Source of the DNA: the human T2T-CHM13v2.0 reference genome, Homo sapiens
Assembly: GCF_009914755.1 (NCBI RefSeq)
Contig: NC_060931.1
Direction: 5' to 3' (one strand)
Length of the DNA: 64,000 bases
In this document: in pieces, positions 1 to 12,149 of the stretch
Layout: the number at the start of each line of letters is the position of its first letter
How positions within the stretch are numbered: the first letter of the stretch is position 1
Position numbers and translations under genes: made by a program
The notes under the pieces: generated by a model
Databases searched by the model: none
Told to the model about the DNA's origin: nothing
What the model saw: only the letters and a program-made list of their open reading frames with translations

Positions 1-845
1 GTTTGTATATGGTGAGAGATAAGGGTCCAGTTTTATTCTTTTGCTTACAGATTTCCAATTTTCCCAGCACCACTTATTAAATAGGATGTCCTTTTCCCAG
101 TGTATGTTTTTGTTGGCTTTGTTGAAGGTCAATTAGTTGTAGGTATGTGGCTTTATTTCTGGGTTCTCTATTCTTTTTCCTTGATCTATGTGTCTATTAT
201 TATACCAGTACCATGATATTTTCGTTACTATAGCCTTGTAGTACAATTTGAAATCAGGTAGTGTGATACATCCAGCTTTGTTCTTTCTGCTTATAGTTGT
301 TTTGGTTATAAAGGCTTTTTTTTTTTTTTGGTTGCATATGAATTTTAGGACTGTCTTTTCTAATTCTGTGAAAAATGACATTGGCATTTTGATAGAAATT
401 GCATTGAATGTATAGATTGCTTTGTCCAGTAAAGTCATTTTAATGATATTGATTCTTCAGATCCATGAGCATGGAATGTTTTCCCATTTGTTTGTATCAT
501 CTGCAATTCCTCTCATTGATGTTTTGTAGTTTTCCTTGTAAAGATCTTTTAATTCCTTAGTTAAATATATTCTTAGATATTTTTTGTAGCTATTGTAAAT
601 GGGATTGATTTCTTGATTTGATTCTCATTTTGATCATTATTGGTGTATAGAAATGTTACAGATTTTTGCACATTGATTTTATAACCTGAGTCTTGACTGA
701 ATTTGTTAGCAAATCTAGGAGTATTTTGGTGGAATTGTTATGGTTTTCTAGGTATAAGACCATATCATCAGCAAATAAATAATTTGACTTTCTCTTTTCC
801 AATTTGGATGCCTTTTATTTCTTTCTGTTGCTTGATTGCTCTGAC
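1..845 (-). mobile_element. L1 ORF2 fragment (L1MA/L1PB-like)
   Basis: ORF 133-438 resembles L1 ORF2p ([22 protein letters not shown]). Confidence 0.9.
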
Positions 846-859
846 TATAAATATGAATT

Positions 860-1005
860 GATTAAAATTAAAATTTAAAATTCAGTTTCTCATTCTCAAT
901 CACATGTCAAGCATTAATAATTATATCTGGCTGGCTGCCATACAGTACAGCATAGATACTGAACATTTTTTTCATCATGGAAAGTTCTATTGGATAGTGT
1001 TGTTC
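860..1005. mobile_element. MER3/MER33-like hAT DNA transposon fragment
   Basis: aaaattcagtttctca...gaaagttctattggatagtg resemblance. Confidence 0.55.
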
Positions 1006-1431
1006 TGGGCTACAATGTGAATGATGCTCCCTTGAATTGAGTTTTGCTGCAGCCTCAACTTTCTTTGGCTTAAAGTTCTTTTCTTAGCTAATTTTACATA
1101 AAATTTATTTATATTGGATCTTTTGAAAATTCTTGATTAGGATCTAGGGTAGTGTTTCATACTGAATTTTTGGTCTTACAGTATTAAAGCAGGGCTCTGA
1201 TGTACAGTCACGAAGGATACTTTTTTTTACAAAAAGTTTAAAATTTTTTTAATAGGAGCATCCATTTAAAAGTAGACAATAAAAGGGACAATAAGATGAA
1301 AAGATATGTCTATGTACAGTTATGTAAGGGCTACTAAATTTATAAGGAAACATACTTACCTTTTATAGTACTTGTTATACCATTATTTCTTTTTTTAAGA
1401 CTCATTTAAATAATAAGAAATTTATTACTGA

Positions 1432-1731
1432 GACCAGCTGCAATGGCTCACTCCTGTAATCCCAACATTTTAGGAGGCTGAGGCAGGCAGATCACTTGAG
1501 GTCAGGAATTCAAGACCATCCTGGCTAACATGGTGAAACTCCGTCTCTATTAAGAATACAAAAATTAGCTGGGCATGGTGGTGGGCACCTGTAGTCCCAG
1601 CTACTCGGAAAGTTGAGGCAGGAGAATCACCTGAACCTGGGAGTTAGAGGTTGCAGTGAGCTGAGATCACACCACTGCACTCAAGCCTCGGCAACAGAGC
1701 AAGACTCCATCAAAAAAAAAAAAAAAAAAAA
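1432..1731 (+). mobile_element. AluS
   Basis: Dimeric Alu with poly(A). Confidence 0.95.
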
Positions 1732-2341
1732 AGGAAGGAAGGAATTACCTATAATATTCAGTACATTATTATTAATTATAACTATTAATGTATTCAGTAT
1801 GTTAATATTTTTGAAATATTTGAGATACATATTAAAGAAGACTCTTCAGTCAAATTGGTTTGGAAAACATTATCTATGACAGCCTTCTATCCGATACATA
1901 GGATACATACATGACAAATACGGATAGTAAAGGCTTCATTTAGTTAGCTTGATTTAATCCAAGTTTTCCAAACCTACCAATATTTGATTGTGGAACATAA
2001 TTTATTTCTGCTAAAATTGATTAGCATCTGTGGAACTAATATTTTAATGAACATATTTTGGGGACACATTGATTTGCATAATTTTTTGAGTATAAGGTAA
2101 TAGTACTTCTTCCGTCTGTAATAATCAGGAACTAAAGAATTCTATTCTACCTGTTATTTTCCAAAGAAAGTGACTCAGCTTTATAATTTTAATGTTAAGT
2201 CTATGCCCCTGTCTAATTTCTCAGAAAATTTTTCTAAAAATAGTTGAATCTTTTCTTGCTGACTCCAGACTGAAATGACTAAATAGTGCCAGGACTACTG
2301 CTGGTCAATATGATGCCTCCTCTTTTGCTGCCAAAAGTTGA

Positions 2342-2649
<308 letters not shown>

Positions 2650-3274
2650 TGATTACTTAATTCTATGTGAACTTCTAAGCAACTTAATCCTTTTCTTTTG
2701 CTACTTCTAATGTATCTAGCATAACCTACTTGAAAGAGAAGGGGCAAACTAGACAGCCAACTCCGTGTTAGATTAGCATATAGTAAGTGCTCAATAAATG
2801 AAGCCATTAAATCAATCTTAATATGGGTGACTTTTGGAATCAGAAAGCTAAGGCCTCAAGGGTGGCTTCATTTCTTGATGCAAAATTAATTGCCTGGGCT
2901 CTGGGGCTGCTGAAATTCTTCTTCTCCATCCCAGGTAGTTTGGGAGTCTGATTACTAGATGAATGTGGAGTTAATAAGTAGAGTCCTTCCATGTGGAAAA
3001 CTCGAGTGTGTTGTTTTGTTTGTTTGTTTATAAGGAATAGTTTTTTAAAAAGTGAGTCAGTGCTTCTATAAAATTATTTAAATTATTTTTTCTGATTAAA
3101 TCATATTTTCACTGCAGAAAATGTGAAAAGATACAAATGCACAAAGAAGACAATTAAATCACTTATACATAATCCCAACACTAATAGATAAAAATATTAA
3201 TTTCTGTTTATATTATAGTATATTTACATGTATAGTGGTACATATATAATTTTAGTGCAATTGTACTGTTTATA

Positions 3275-5000
3275 TTATTTTTAATATCTTTGTTGATGTA
3301 TAATTTATTTAGCATATAATTTACCAGTTTTAATTGTGCAACTTAATGATTTTTAGTAAATGTATGGAGTTGTACAGCCATCATCACAATATTTTTAGAA
3401 CACTTTTATCCTCCTACAAAGATCTTCATTTGCAACCAATCCCTATTCCCATGCCCAGCTTGAGGCAACTCCTTATCTGCTTTTCATCTCAAAAGATTTG
3501 CATATTACTGACATTGTATATGCATGGAAATATATAATATGTAAGGTTCTTGTACCTGGCTTCTTTTGTTTGGCATACTGTTTTTGAGGTTCATCCATGT
3601 TGTAACAGGTAGGAGTAGTTTATTCCTTTTTATTGCTTAGTAGTAATCCATTGCAAGGCTGTATCACATTTTGTTTATCTCTTCACCAGCTGATGGACAG
3701 TTGGATTGTTTCTACTTTTTGGCTATTTACAAATAATGCTTCTGTGAACACTGATGTACACTTCTTTGTGTGAACATACGTTTTTATTACTCTTGAGTAG
3801 ACCTAGGAGTGGAATTGCTGGGTCATATGGTAAATTTAGGTTTGTCTCTTTAAAACACTGCCAAACTGTTTTTTCAAAGTGGCTACACCATTTTACTGTC
3901 CACCAGCAGTGTCTGAGGGTTCCAGTTTCTCCATGTCCTCATCAACACTTGTTATTGTCTGCCTTTTTTATTACAGCCATTGTAGTAGGTATGAAGGGGT
4001 ATTATAATATGACTTTAACTTGCATTTCCCTAGTGACTAATGATGAGCATTTAATGTACTTTTTATCTACTCATATATTTTCTTTGGTGAAAAGTCTATT
4101 CAAATATTTTACATATTTTTAAATTGTGCCATTTGTCTTCTTATTATTAAGTGGTAAGAATTCTTTATAAATTCTGATTGCAAGTTCTTTGTTGGATATA
4201 CAATTGGCAAATATTTCTTCCCCATCTGTCAGAGTGTACACTTTCTTAGAGGTTTCTTTTGAAGGACAAAGTTTTTAACTTCGGTAAAGTTCAGTTCACT
4301 AAGTTTATTTTTATGGATTGCACTTTTGGGTGTGGGAATTTTTTGCCTAACCCAGGATGATGAAGATTTTCCTTTACATTTTCCTGTTCAAATTGCAATG
4401 TTTTAACTCTTAAACTTAGGTCTATGATCCATTTTGAGTTAATCTCTGTGAATGATGTGAGGTAATGGTTTAAATTTATTTTTTTTGCATGTGGCTGTCC
4501 AGTTGTCCCAGAACCATTTGTTGAAAAAACAGTCTTTTCTCAATTAAATTGCCTTGGCACCTTTGCTAAAAATCAACTGCCAATAAATGTAGGAGTCCGT
4601 TTCTGTTCTCTAGGCTCTGTTGCAGTTATTGACATGTCTGTCTTTATGCCAGTACTGCACTGTTTCGATTACTGTAGTTTTATAGTTTTAATAAATAAAC
4701 TCAGGAAGTGTAAGTTCTCCAAATTTGTTCTTCTTTTTAAAAATTACTTTGGCTATTCTGAGTTCTCTACATTTCTATATGTATTTTATGATCACCTTGT
4801 CAATTTCTACAGGAAAGCACACAGGAGAATTTTGACAGGGATTGCATTGAATCTATAGATAAATTTGGGGAAGATTGTCATCTTAACAACACTGAGTCTC
4901 CCAATCCATCAACATGGATTGTCTCTTCATTTATTTAGATCTTCTTTAACTTCTCCTAATAATGTCTTGTGGTTTTCAGTGTATTCATCTTACATTTATT
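3275..5000 (-). mobile_element. Old L1M (L1MB-like) 3' portion
   Basis: Antisense L1 3'UTR/ORF2 motifs (gtggaattgctgggtcatatgg, gattgcattgaatctatag). Confidence 0.85.
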
Positions 5001-5114
5001 TTATTTGGTTGTTGCAAACCTTTTCCCTACAGCATTAAAAAAAATTCAACAAGATGATTTGTATTAAGCCTGTAGTGTTCCATCCTATCCTTGAATAGTC
5101 CCTCTTACTAGAAA

Positions 5115-5742
5115 ATACAGTAAATTATTTATGATAGTTAATGTTCTATTAAAGTTTCTGTGAAAATTGAATTATCAAATTCTGAAGATTACTCTTAGGA
5201 GAAATACAGTGTTAGGATCCTGTGAACCTCTGGTGACAAACTTTTCGTCAACCAAATAATACACAACCTCACTTTATGTGTGCTTTTTTTTAAAGACACC
5301 TTATTTAATGTGTGTTGGTGATTCTTTAACATTGAACTCATGGTCAACAGCACTATATCTCACTCCTGAATGAAACTTATCTGACACACCTGTTTTCTAG
5401 ATAGGGCACGTCACAGCCTTCTTGCACTAAGGAGCGCTAGCCATCAGTTCAGTGTGATGCTTGGGAATCATTACAAATAGCAAAATCATCAACAAAAAGC
5501 ACAAAAATGAGAAAAACTTGGCACTAAATAAACCACGAAAATAACACTTGCTTACAGTACAAGAGCTGAAACAAGAAGGCAGAGTACGTGTGCATCAGGC
5601 AAACCAAATTTTTGGCCACTCTGTGCATGTCCATAAATAACCATGAAAACACCACAAGTATTGACTTGGGACTTAGAAAAAAAACTTTAGCAAGGAAGCA
5701 GATTTGCAAATACAGGATTTTCAAATAATGAGCATCAATTGT
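5115..5742. mobile_element. MER82-like Tigger DNA transposon
   Basis: gagctgaaacaagaaggcagag...gatttgcaaatacagga...ataatgagcatcaattgta resemblance. Confidence 0.7.
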
Positions 5743-5759
5743 ATTTTCCTCTCCTGTGT

Positions 5760-6232
5760 TGCTTGGTACTTCACTCTCCTGGATTTCCAACTACCTCACT
5801 GGCCTCTTGGCAGATTCTTTCTCTTCATCCCAAGCAACATCTTTGCAGAGTCACTAACAGTCCTTGGCCCTCTTCTCTTCTTTTCCTATACTTAATTCTT
5901 CCTCTTCCTGGGTGTTCTCAGCCAGTCCCTTTGTTTTAATTACCACCTGCCTATAAGTTACTGCTTTCAAATCCACATCCCCAGCCTAGACCCCCTCTCT
6001 CGTGCTTCCATTTCTCATTTTCAGCTTCTTACTTGATCTCCATTTCGAGGTTTAACAGGCATTTCTGACTTCACAAGTCTAAATGTGAACTCTATGTCCT
6101 GCAAATCTTGTCTTTGTCCCAGTCTCTCACATCTATAAGTGATACCCTCATCACCAGCTGCTCAACTCAAAACCTAAGAAGTTATTCTTGATTTCTCTCT
6201 TTCCTACATTCCTCATATCCAATACATTGGCA
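5760..6232 (+). mobile_element. L2 fragment, left of the securin retrocopy
   Basis: L2 motifs (ccccagcctagacc, aaaacctaagaagttattcttga). Confidence 0.7.
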
Positions 6233-6281
6233 TTTTTTTCAGGAAGAATCTATTAAACAAAGATTATTTTATTATTGCAAA

Positions 6282-6306
6282 ACACACACACACACACACA
6301 CACACA
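6282..6306. repeat. (CA)n microsatellite within the retrocopy 3'UTR
   Basis: Direct reading. Confidence 0.95.
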
Positions 6307-6322
6307 AACTATAAAACACTAG

Positions 6323-6461
6323 TGTGCACCTGTAGTCCCAGCGTTATGTACCATCAGTGCCAGCTACTCAGGAGGCTGAGGCAGGAGGATTCCTTAAGCC
6401 TAGGAGTTTGAGGACAGCCTGGGCAACATACCCAGATCCCGTCTTTTTAAAAAAGCAAATA
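6323..6461 (+). mobile_element. FLAM/AluJ monomer inserted in the securin retrocopy 3'UTR
   Basis: Alu monomer; TSD aaactataaa(a/g)cacta at 6306 and 6462. Confidence 0.85.
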
Positions 6462-6874
6462 AACTATAAAGCACTAAGAAATCTAAATATCCATGCTAGA
6501 GCAAACAGGTGGCAATTGAACATCCTGGGTCTATAGTATGCTTGAGGGAGACTGTGACTGATTAGATCCCCACAGTAGAGAGAACATCTTCATAGGCAAA
6601 CGGGGGCTTACCTGTAACAGCTGTTCAAGTTCTCTCTTCTCAGCAAGAATCATGAAAGGTACTTAATTCAAGGTGGGTGTACAGTCTGATGCTCTTCAGG
6701 CAGGTCAAATTCTCATAATCTAGAGGACTGAATGGAAAGTACTTTTCTTTTTCAAGATAGGTGTCATTGGAGGCAGGAATGGAGCTTTTTGCTTTGACAG
6801 TCTTCCCCGTCATGTGTCTAGCAGAGAAAGTTGGTTGTTCTTGTTCAGGGCGTCCATTAGTCTGGCAGTTTTTG

Positions 6875-7578
6875 TTTCCAAAATACACCTAAAATCTATC
6901 TGCTTCTTTTCATGTAGGCCGCCATGATCCTCCTCCAGGCCCCCATTCTTCTCACCTTGGCCAGGGCGATAGGTTCTTAACAGAACTTCCTGCTTCCATT
7001 ATTTCTGCTTTCATCCGTTCTCCACAGAGAAGCTGGAGTGGTCTTTTAAAAAGTTGAACAGATAATGCCATCCCATGCTCAGATCTTCCAAAGATCTTCT
7101 GCTTCTCCTGGAATAAAACATGAACAGTGCACTGTAAAAACCCTAGAATATGCCAAATTCTCCAGCCTCATTATTTCTTACCACTTTGGACTTCTTTTGT
7201 TTCTGGAATGTGCTAAACAACTTTTTTCTGACTCAGTCTCTCCTGGGAGAAATATTTTTCCTCTCCCTGGAATGCACTTCCTGCTCTTTTTATGGCTGGC
7301 TTAATTTCACGTTTTGGATCCCAGCTATAATATCACTTCCTCACAGAAACTTTTCTTGACCACTCTATTTATCTGCACTAGCTCTCCCAACCCATGTTTA
7401 CTCACCAGTTATTCTGTGGCCTATCCCCCGTTTACTTCCTTCCTAGAAAAACCTATTTTTTTTTCTCCTTGTGTATTGTCTGCCTCCTGCCAGAATTGGA
7501 GGACTTATTATCTTGCTCATGGCTGTGTCTCTAGACCCTCACACATAGTGGGCACTCAGTATACATTTATTAAATAAT
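6875..7578 (+). mobile_element. L2 continuation including the 3' end
   Basis: ccaaaatacacc resumes L2; acatagtgggcactcagtatacatttattaaataa 3' terminus. Confidence 0.75.
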
Positions 7579-8112
7579 TACATTTCTTATCTGATCTCCT
7601 CCTGTATAATATTTGGATTGTTTTCAGCTTTTCTATATTGTTACAAATGCTGCAAAGACCAGTTATATAGATGAATCTTTGTATATATTACCTTAGGGTG
7701 AATTCCTTAAGTTGAATTTGGGGCTGACTATGTATAGTTTTTAAGCTTTTTATCAAATGCTTTTGACTGCTATCATTATTTTTTTACCCTCCAGTTCCAC
7801 CTACAATTACCTTGATTGACTCAATGGAACTTTTTCATATGAAAGTATTAAAAATACTGAAAGAAGATATAAGTAGCAAGAATGTTTTAAAATACTAATT
7901 TCTGATAATAATGTAAAAGATACACTCTATGTTTTACCAGGAAACCTAGATCATTATATTCAATGCACTTCACTCTCATGGCATGTTATTTTTAGTTCTT
8001 TTTCTAGTTCTAGCATAAATTTCCTCAATCAAATACTGTGATCGATTTTTTATGTGTGTAACAAGATAAAAATGTTGTGCTTCAGTCTCACATTCTAATA
8101 CTCTTTCTTCAG

Positions 8113-8304
8113 GTTGACCCTGTATTATGTTGGAATAGGTGTTGCTGCCTTGATTTTTGGTTACATACAGATTTCCTTGTGGATTATAACTGCAGCACGA
8201 CAGACCAAGAGGATTCGAAAACAGTTTTTTCATTCAGTTTTGGCACAGGACATCGGCTGGTTTGATAGCTGTGACATCGGTGAACTTAACACTCGCATGA
8301 CAGA
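8113..8304 (+). CDS. ABCB5: ABCB5 exon ~6 (192 bp): LTLYYVGIGVAALIFGYIQISLWIITAARQTKRIRKQFFHSVLAQDIGWFDSCDIGELNTRMT
   Basis: cttcag| acceptor, GA|gtaaga donor; P-gp TM2/ICL1 homology (QDIGWFD, GELNTR). Confidence 0.95.
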
Positions 8305-8389
8305 GTAAGAGGATGATATTGTAGTACGTTAGCTTTGTTTTCATATGTGACATGTAAATGACCTAACTACATTTATTTGCTTGTTTCAG

Positions 8390-8561
8390 TGACATTGACA
8401 AAATCAGTGATGGTATTGGAGATAAGATTGCTCTGTTGTTTCAAAACATGTCTACTTTTTCGATTGGCCTGGCAGTTGGTTTGGTGAAGGGCTGGAAACT
8501 CACCCTAGTGACTCTATCCACGTCTCCTCTTATAATGGCTTCAGCGGCAGCATGTTCTAGG
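8390..8561 (+). CDS. ABCB5: ABCB5 exon ~7 (172 bp): DIDKISDGIGDKIALLFQNMSTFSIGLAVGLVKGWKLTLVTLSTSPLIMASAAACSR
   Basis: tttcag| acceptor after an 85-nt intron, AGG|gtaagt donor; GIGDK and GWKLTLV motifs; absent from the ORF track. Confidence 0.95.
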
Positions 8562-9017
8562 GTAAGTGAGATGGCTAATGCAATATTGAATGGAAGCAGC
8601 AGTGTGGACTAAATGACTCACTGAGTTTGTTCAAAAATGGCTTTTCTATTCACTTGCCATGTCCCAAACTACAAAGGGATATTATACACCACAAATACTT
8701 TTGATTTTGTTCACCATTAATCCCCTTTCTATCTTCAAGTTATTTGGCTAAGATGAAATGTTTTTAATAGCTTACTAACATTGAAAACATTTCTCTTCAT
8801 TTAGCAGTCTAACACAACTTCAAGTGGTAGCATGGATAAAGTATGATGTCCTTATACATGTGATGTTTAGTTGTTGCTGTTGGGACAGACTTGTTTGCTC
8901 TAAATTCACAGATCAACATGGTACGATTCATTTCACTGGGTAGAATGGAATAAGAAAATCCTAAAACAATAAACATCTTTTTATATCATCCTCTTAAAGT
9001 TTATGTATATATGTAAA

Positions 9018-9309
9018 GTTTTTTTTTTTTTTGAGGCAAGGTCTCACTGTGTCACACAGGCTGGAGTGCAGTGGTGCAAACATGGTTCACTGCAGCCTCA
9101 ACTTCCCAGGCTCAAGTCATCCTCCCATCTCAGATCCCAAGTAGCTGGGACTACAGGCAACCACGCCCAGCTAACTTTTGTATTTTTTGTAGAGACAGAT
9201 TTTCACCATGTTGCCCAGGCTGATCTCGAATTCTTGGGCTGAAGCTATCCGCCCACCTCGGCCCCACAAACTGCTGGGATTGCAGGCCAGTGAGCCACCG
9301 CACCCAGCC
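9018..9309 (-). mobile_element. AluJ
   Basis: Antisense Alu with J-type ctcaagtcatcctcccatctcag. Confidence 0.92.
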
Positions 9310-10012
9310 AAGTTTATACTTCAGTAAGGCTTTCAATTACATTTCAGATTTCTGCTAATATCTATTTTTATGTACTACACAAATATGTTTCAGTTTTTTA
9401 AACAAATTATGTACTCGCATTCTAAATTACATTTTTAGCACTGTTTTGCTGTAAGTATAACACAAAATTGTAATCTTATCTACAGCCTGGTTTTGAAACC
9501 GATACTCTGTGAAATCTAAAAACAACAAATGTATCTGTAATATTATTCTTCAAATCATATCTTTTGGAAATTCTACCATTGTATATACTCATCTTCTAGA
9601 TAGGAGGCACAGTGCTTTAAATTTGGCAACACTAATCATTCTTTATGGAAATCCAGTTCCTAAAATTTCCAGAGTTTATTTACTAACAATATAGTAATTC
9701 AACCAAACAAGAATTTTCAGCAATAAAACTATTCTATAATGGCTAATCCCTTAACAATAGGCTTGGAGATTTGGACAGCATGTCTTTACTTAGTGTGACT
9801 CCGAGTGTTGACTTTGTAGCCTTTATCAAAATCTTCATCCTCAACTTATTTGAAATGAGGAAGGAAATCTCAGTAGAAAGATTGCCTGCAGTAAGTTAGT
9901 AAGATCAGAACCTTAACGTCCACAGAAGAGAAGTAAATGAGGAGTTGTAAAGGAATAGCAGTGGGTAGTCTAAATTCTATTATTGTATTCATTGATCATG
10001 GAGAGGAAGCAG

Positions 10013-10052
10013 GTGAAGGTCAGAGTTATCCAGTGAAGGTCAGAGTTATCCA
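10013..10052. repeat. Perfect 2x20-bp tandem duplication GTGAAGGTCAGAGTTATCCA
   Basis: Direct reading. Confidence 0.95.
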
Positions 10053-10684
10053 AAGGATGCGATACCAGAGTGGATGGCTTCTAGCTTCCTTCAATTCAAC
10101 TTGACAATTATCTATTAAATACTTGCTAAGTACAAGGCTTTGTGCCAGGTGGTGTTTCCCCTCTAGTGATCTACTATAGGAATAATTATCTTTAGTAAGT
10201 GAATTCAGAAAATAATGAGTATTATTCCGCTTCTGCTACTCTCTCACTTTAACAGTTATCCAAGCATGTCTTATATAAAATCAGCTCCTATTATGTGGAA
10301 TATATTTTTTAGGTGGATAGACTTGCTATGCGAATAGGCAATAGTTATGAATTCACAGCTCTGAAGGCAGTATCCCCGCTGTTCCCTTTTGTGGAACTGT
10401 TGTGTTAATTACAAAATTGTAAAAGGATTATTAAATGGGACATATAATGGAGAAAAGGGCATGTGAAATCAGGTAAACCTGTCTAGTCACCAATAGTGAT
10501 ATTTTCCCTTTTCTCTCTGAAATCTTACCTCTTAGTATTTGAAGACAAATTTTTAAAAATACAGAGATAAAGTCTAAAAAAATACCATTAGTCTACTTAG
10601 AATTCAAATTCTGCCTGACTTAAATGTTCAGAACATTATTACTACACAGAGTCATTTTTTAACTGTGGTTGTGGTTTATTACAG

Positions 10685-10809
10685 ATGGTCATCTCATTGA
10701 CCAGTAAGGAATTAAGTGCCTATTCCAAAGCTGGGGCTGTGGCAGAAGAAGTCTTGTCATCAATCCGAACAGTCATAGCCTTTAGGGCCAAGGAGAAAGA
10801 ACTTCAAAG
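10685..10809 (+). CDS. ABCB5: ABCB5 exon ~8 (125 bp): MVISLTSKELSAYSKAGAVAEEVLSSIRTVIAFRAKEKELQR
   Basis: ttacag| acceptor; weak AG|gtcttt donor inferred from frame and P-gp homology (AGAVAEEVL..IRTVIAF). Confidence 0.92.
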
Positions 10810-10889
10810 GTCTTTCCTTTTAAATATAACAAGATATGCTTGGTTTTATTTTCCCCAGTGGCTACTAAGTTGTGTTCTGTTTTTGTAAG

Positions 10890-11067
10890 GTATACACAGA
10901 ATCTCAAAGATGCAAAGGATTTTGGCATAAAAAGGACTATAGCTTCAAAAGTGTCTCTTGGTGCTGTGTACTTCTTTATGAATGGAACCTATGGACTTGC
11001 TTTTTGGTATGGAACCTCCTTGATTCTTAATGGAGAACCTGGATATACCATCGGGACTGTTCTTGCT
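10890..11067 (+). CDS. ABCB5: ABCB5 exon ~9 (178 bp): YTQNLKDAKDFGIKRTIASKVSLGAVYFFMNGTYGLAFWYGTSLILNGEPGYTIGTVLA
   Basis: gtaag| acceptor, GCT|gtaagt donor; LAFWYG TM5 motif. Confidence 0.93.
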
Positions 11068-12149
11068 GTAAGTCTTGTTTGAGAACAAGGTGTCAGGCCT
11101 GGATAATCTTTCCTTACCTAGTTTAGCCAAAATTCCTCTTTGAAGATAAATATTCAAAGATGGATGTTTTTATTAAACAAATATTTGTTTCCCTCAAATT
11201 ATCTGTATACACCTTTAAATTATAGTTATGAATTGACAGCATTTATTCATCCAGCATGTTTTAGTGTCCTCGCTGTGTCAAGCATCTGCATTCCGCTTTT
11301 GGAAGAATCATAATTGAATTCCCCACTGGGAAATACACTGAGTTTTGTTAATCTAGCAGTGAAAAAGGCCATTCTCTTGTGAGACTTTTCCTTTCATCTG
11401 GGCTGAGATCAGACGGCGTTCTGCATTCACCTTGCTAAATGTCTTCTCTCTGGAAATGGTCTGTAGAGTTTACACTCACCTCCTCTTCCTCTGTCCTTTC
11501 AGCATGTAGTAATTTAAAAAACAGACTACATATAGCTCTGTCCAGTATCACAGTTTGGAGACTTTTAAATTCTTATGGGTTATGTGTTAAATAATAATTT
11601 ATTCAGTTATCCTCTTAAGTTACAATAAACAGATCAGTTCAGGATTAAGAAACATTTGTCTTGAGGAACCAAAATGATCTGCTCTTTATACTTTGATCCT
11701 TGTTTGGCCTTTCCATTCTTACAGATTTCTCTTCTTTCCATTAAATTCATCTTTTGAATTTGAGGCATTCATAATTAAGACTTTTAGCTATTCATTTATT
11801 TCATATAAAGTGAAATGTGAGCATGAACGATTTTTCACTCATCCTTGCTCCTCAATTTATGTGTGGCTGGGTATCTGGCTTACTAAGCCTAAGCATCCTC
11901 ATCTATATGATAGGAGTAAGAGCTCCTAGCTTGAGGGATTCTTTTCTTATTTGACTTTTTGCAGAGATGAGTCTGTCTTAAAATGGACAGCTGTCCCCTA
12001 ATACAAAAATTCAAAAACGGTTTGAGTGAAAACAGTACAATGTCTCTGAGCCAATAAAATCTACTGAATTTTTCTTTTTAAAGTTCAAGGGGTCACCCAA
12101 CAAGGAGGGGAGTGCAACTCACCATGGGGTTTATACATGGTCAGCACAC

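Larger units (their letters stand above)
6233..6862 (-). pseudogene. 5'-truncated processed pseudogene of securin (PTTG1 family), with 3'UTR and poly(A) remnant
   Basis: Minus-strand translation [58 protein letters not shown]...RELEQLLQ...QSPSSIL*TQDVQLPPVCSSMDI* aligns to the securin C-terminal ~125 aa. Two frameshifts, two internal stops, AATAAA, A-tail, imperfect TSD tggca(t/g)ttttt at 6228 and 6863. Confidence 0.9.

Noticed and set aside
8744-8754. ttggctaagat, matching part of U2
   Set aside because: Too short, no TSD; chance match.
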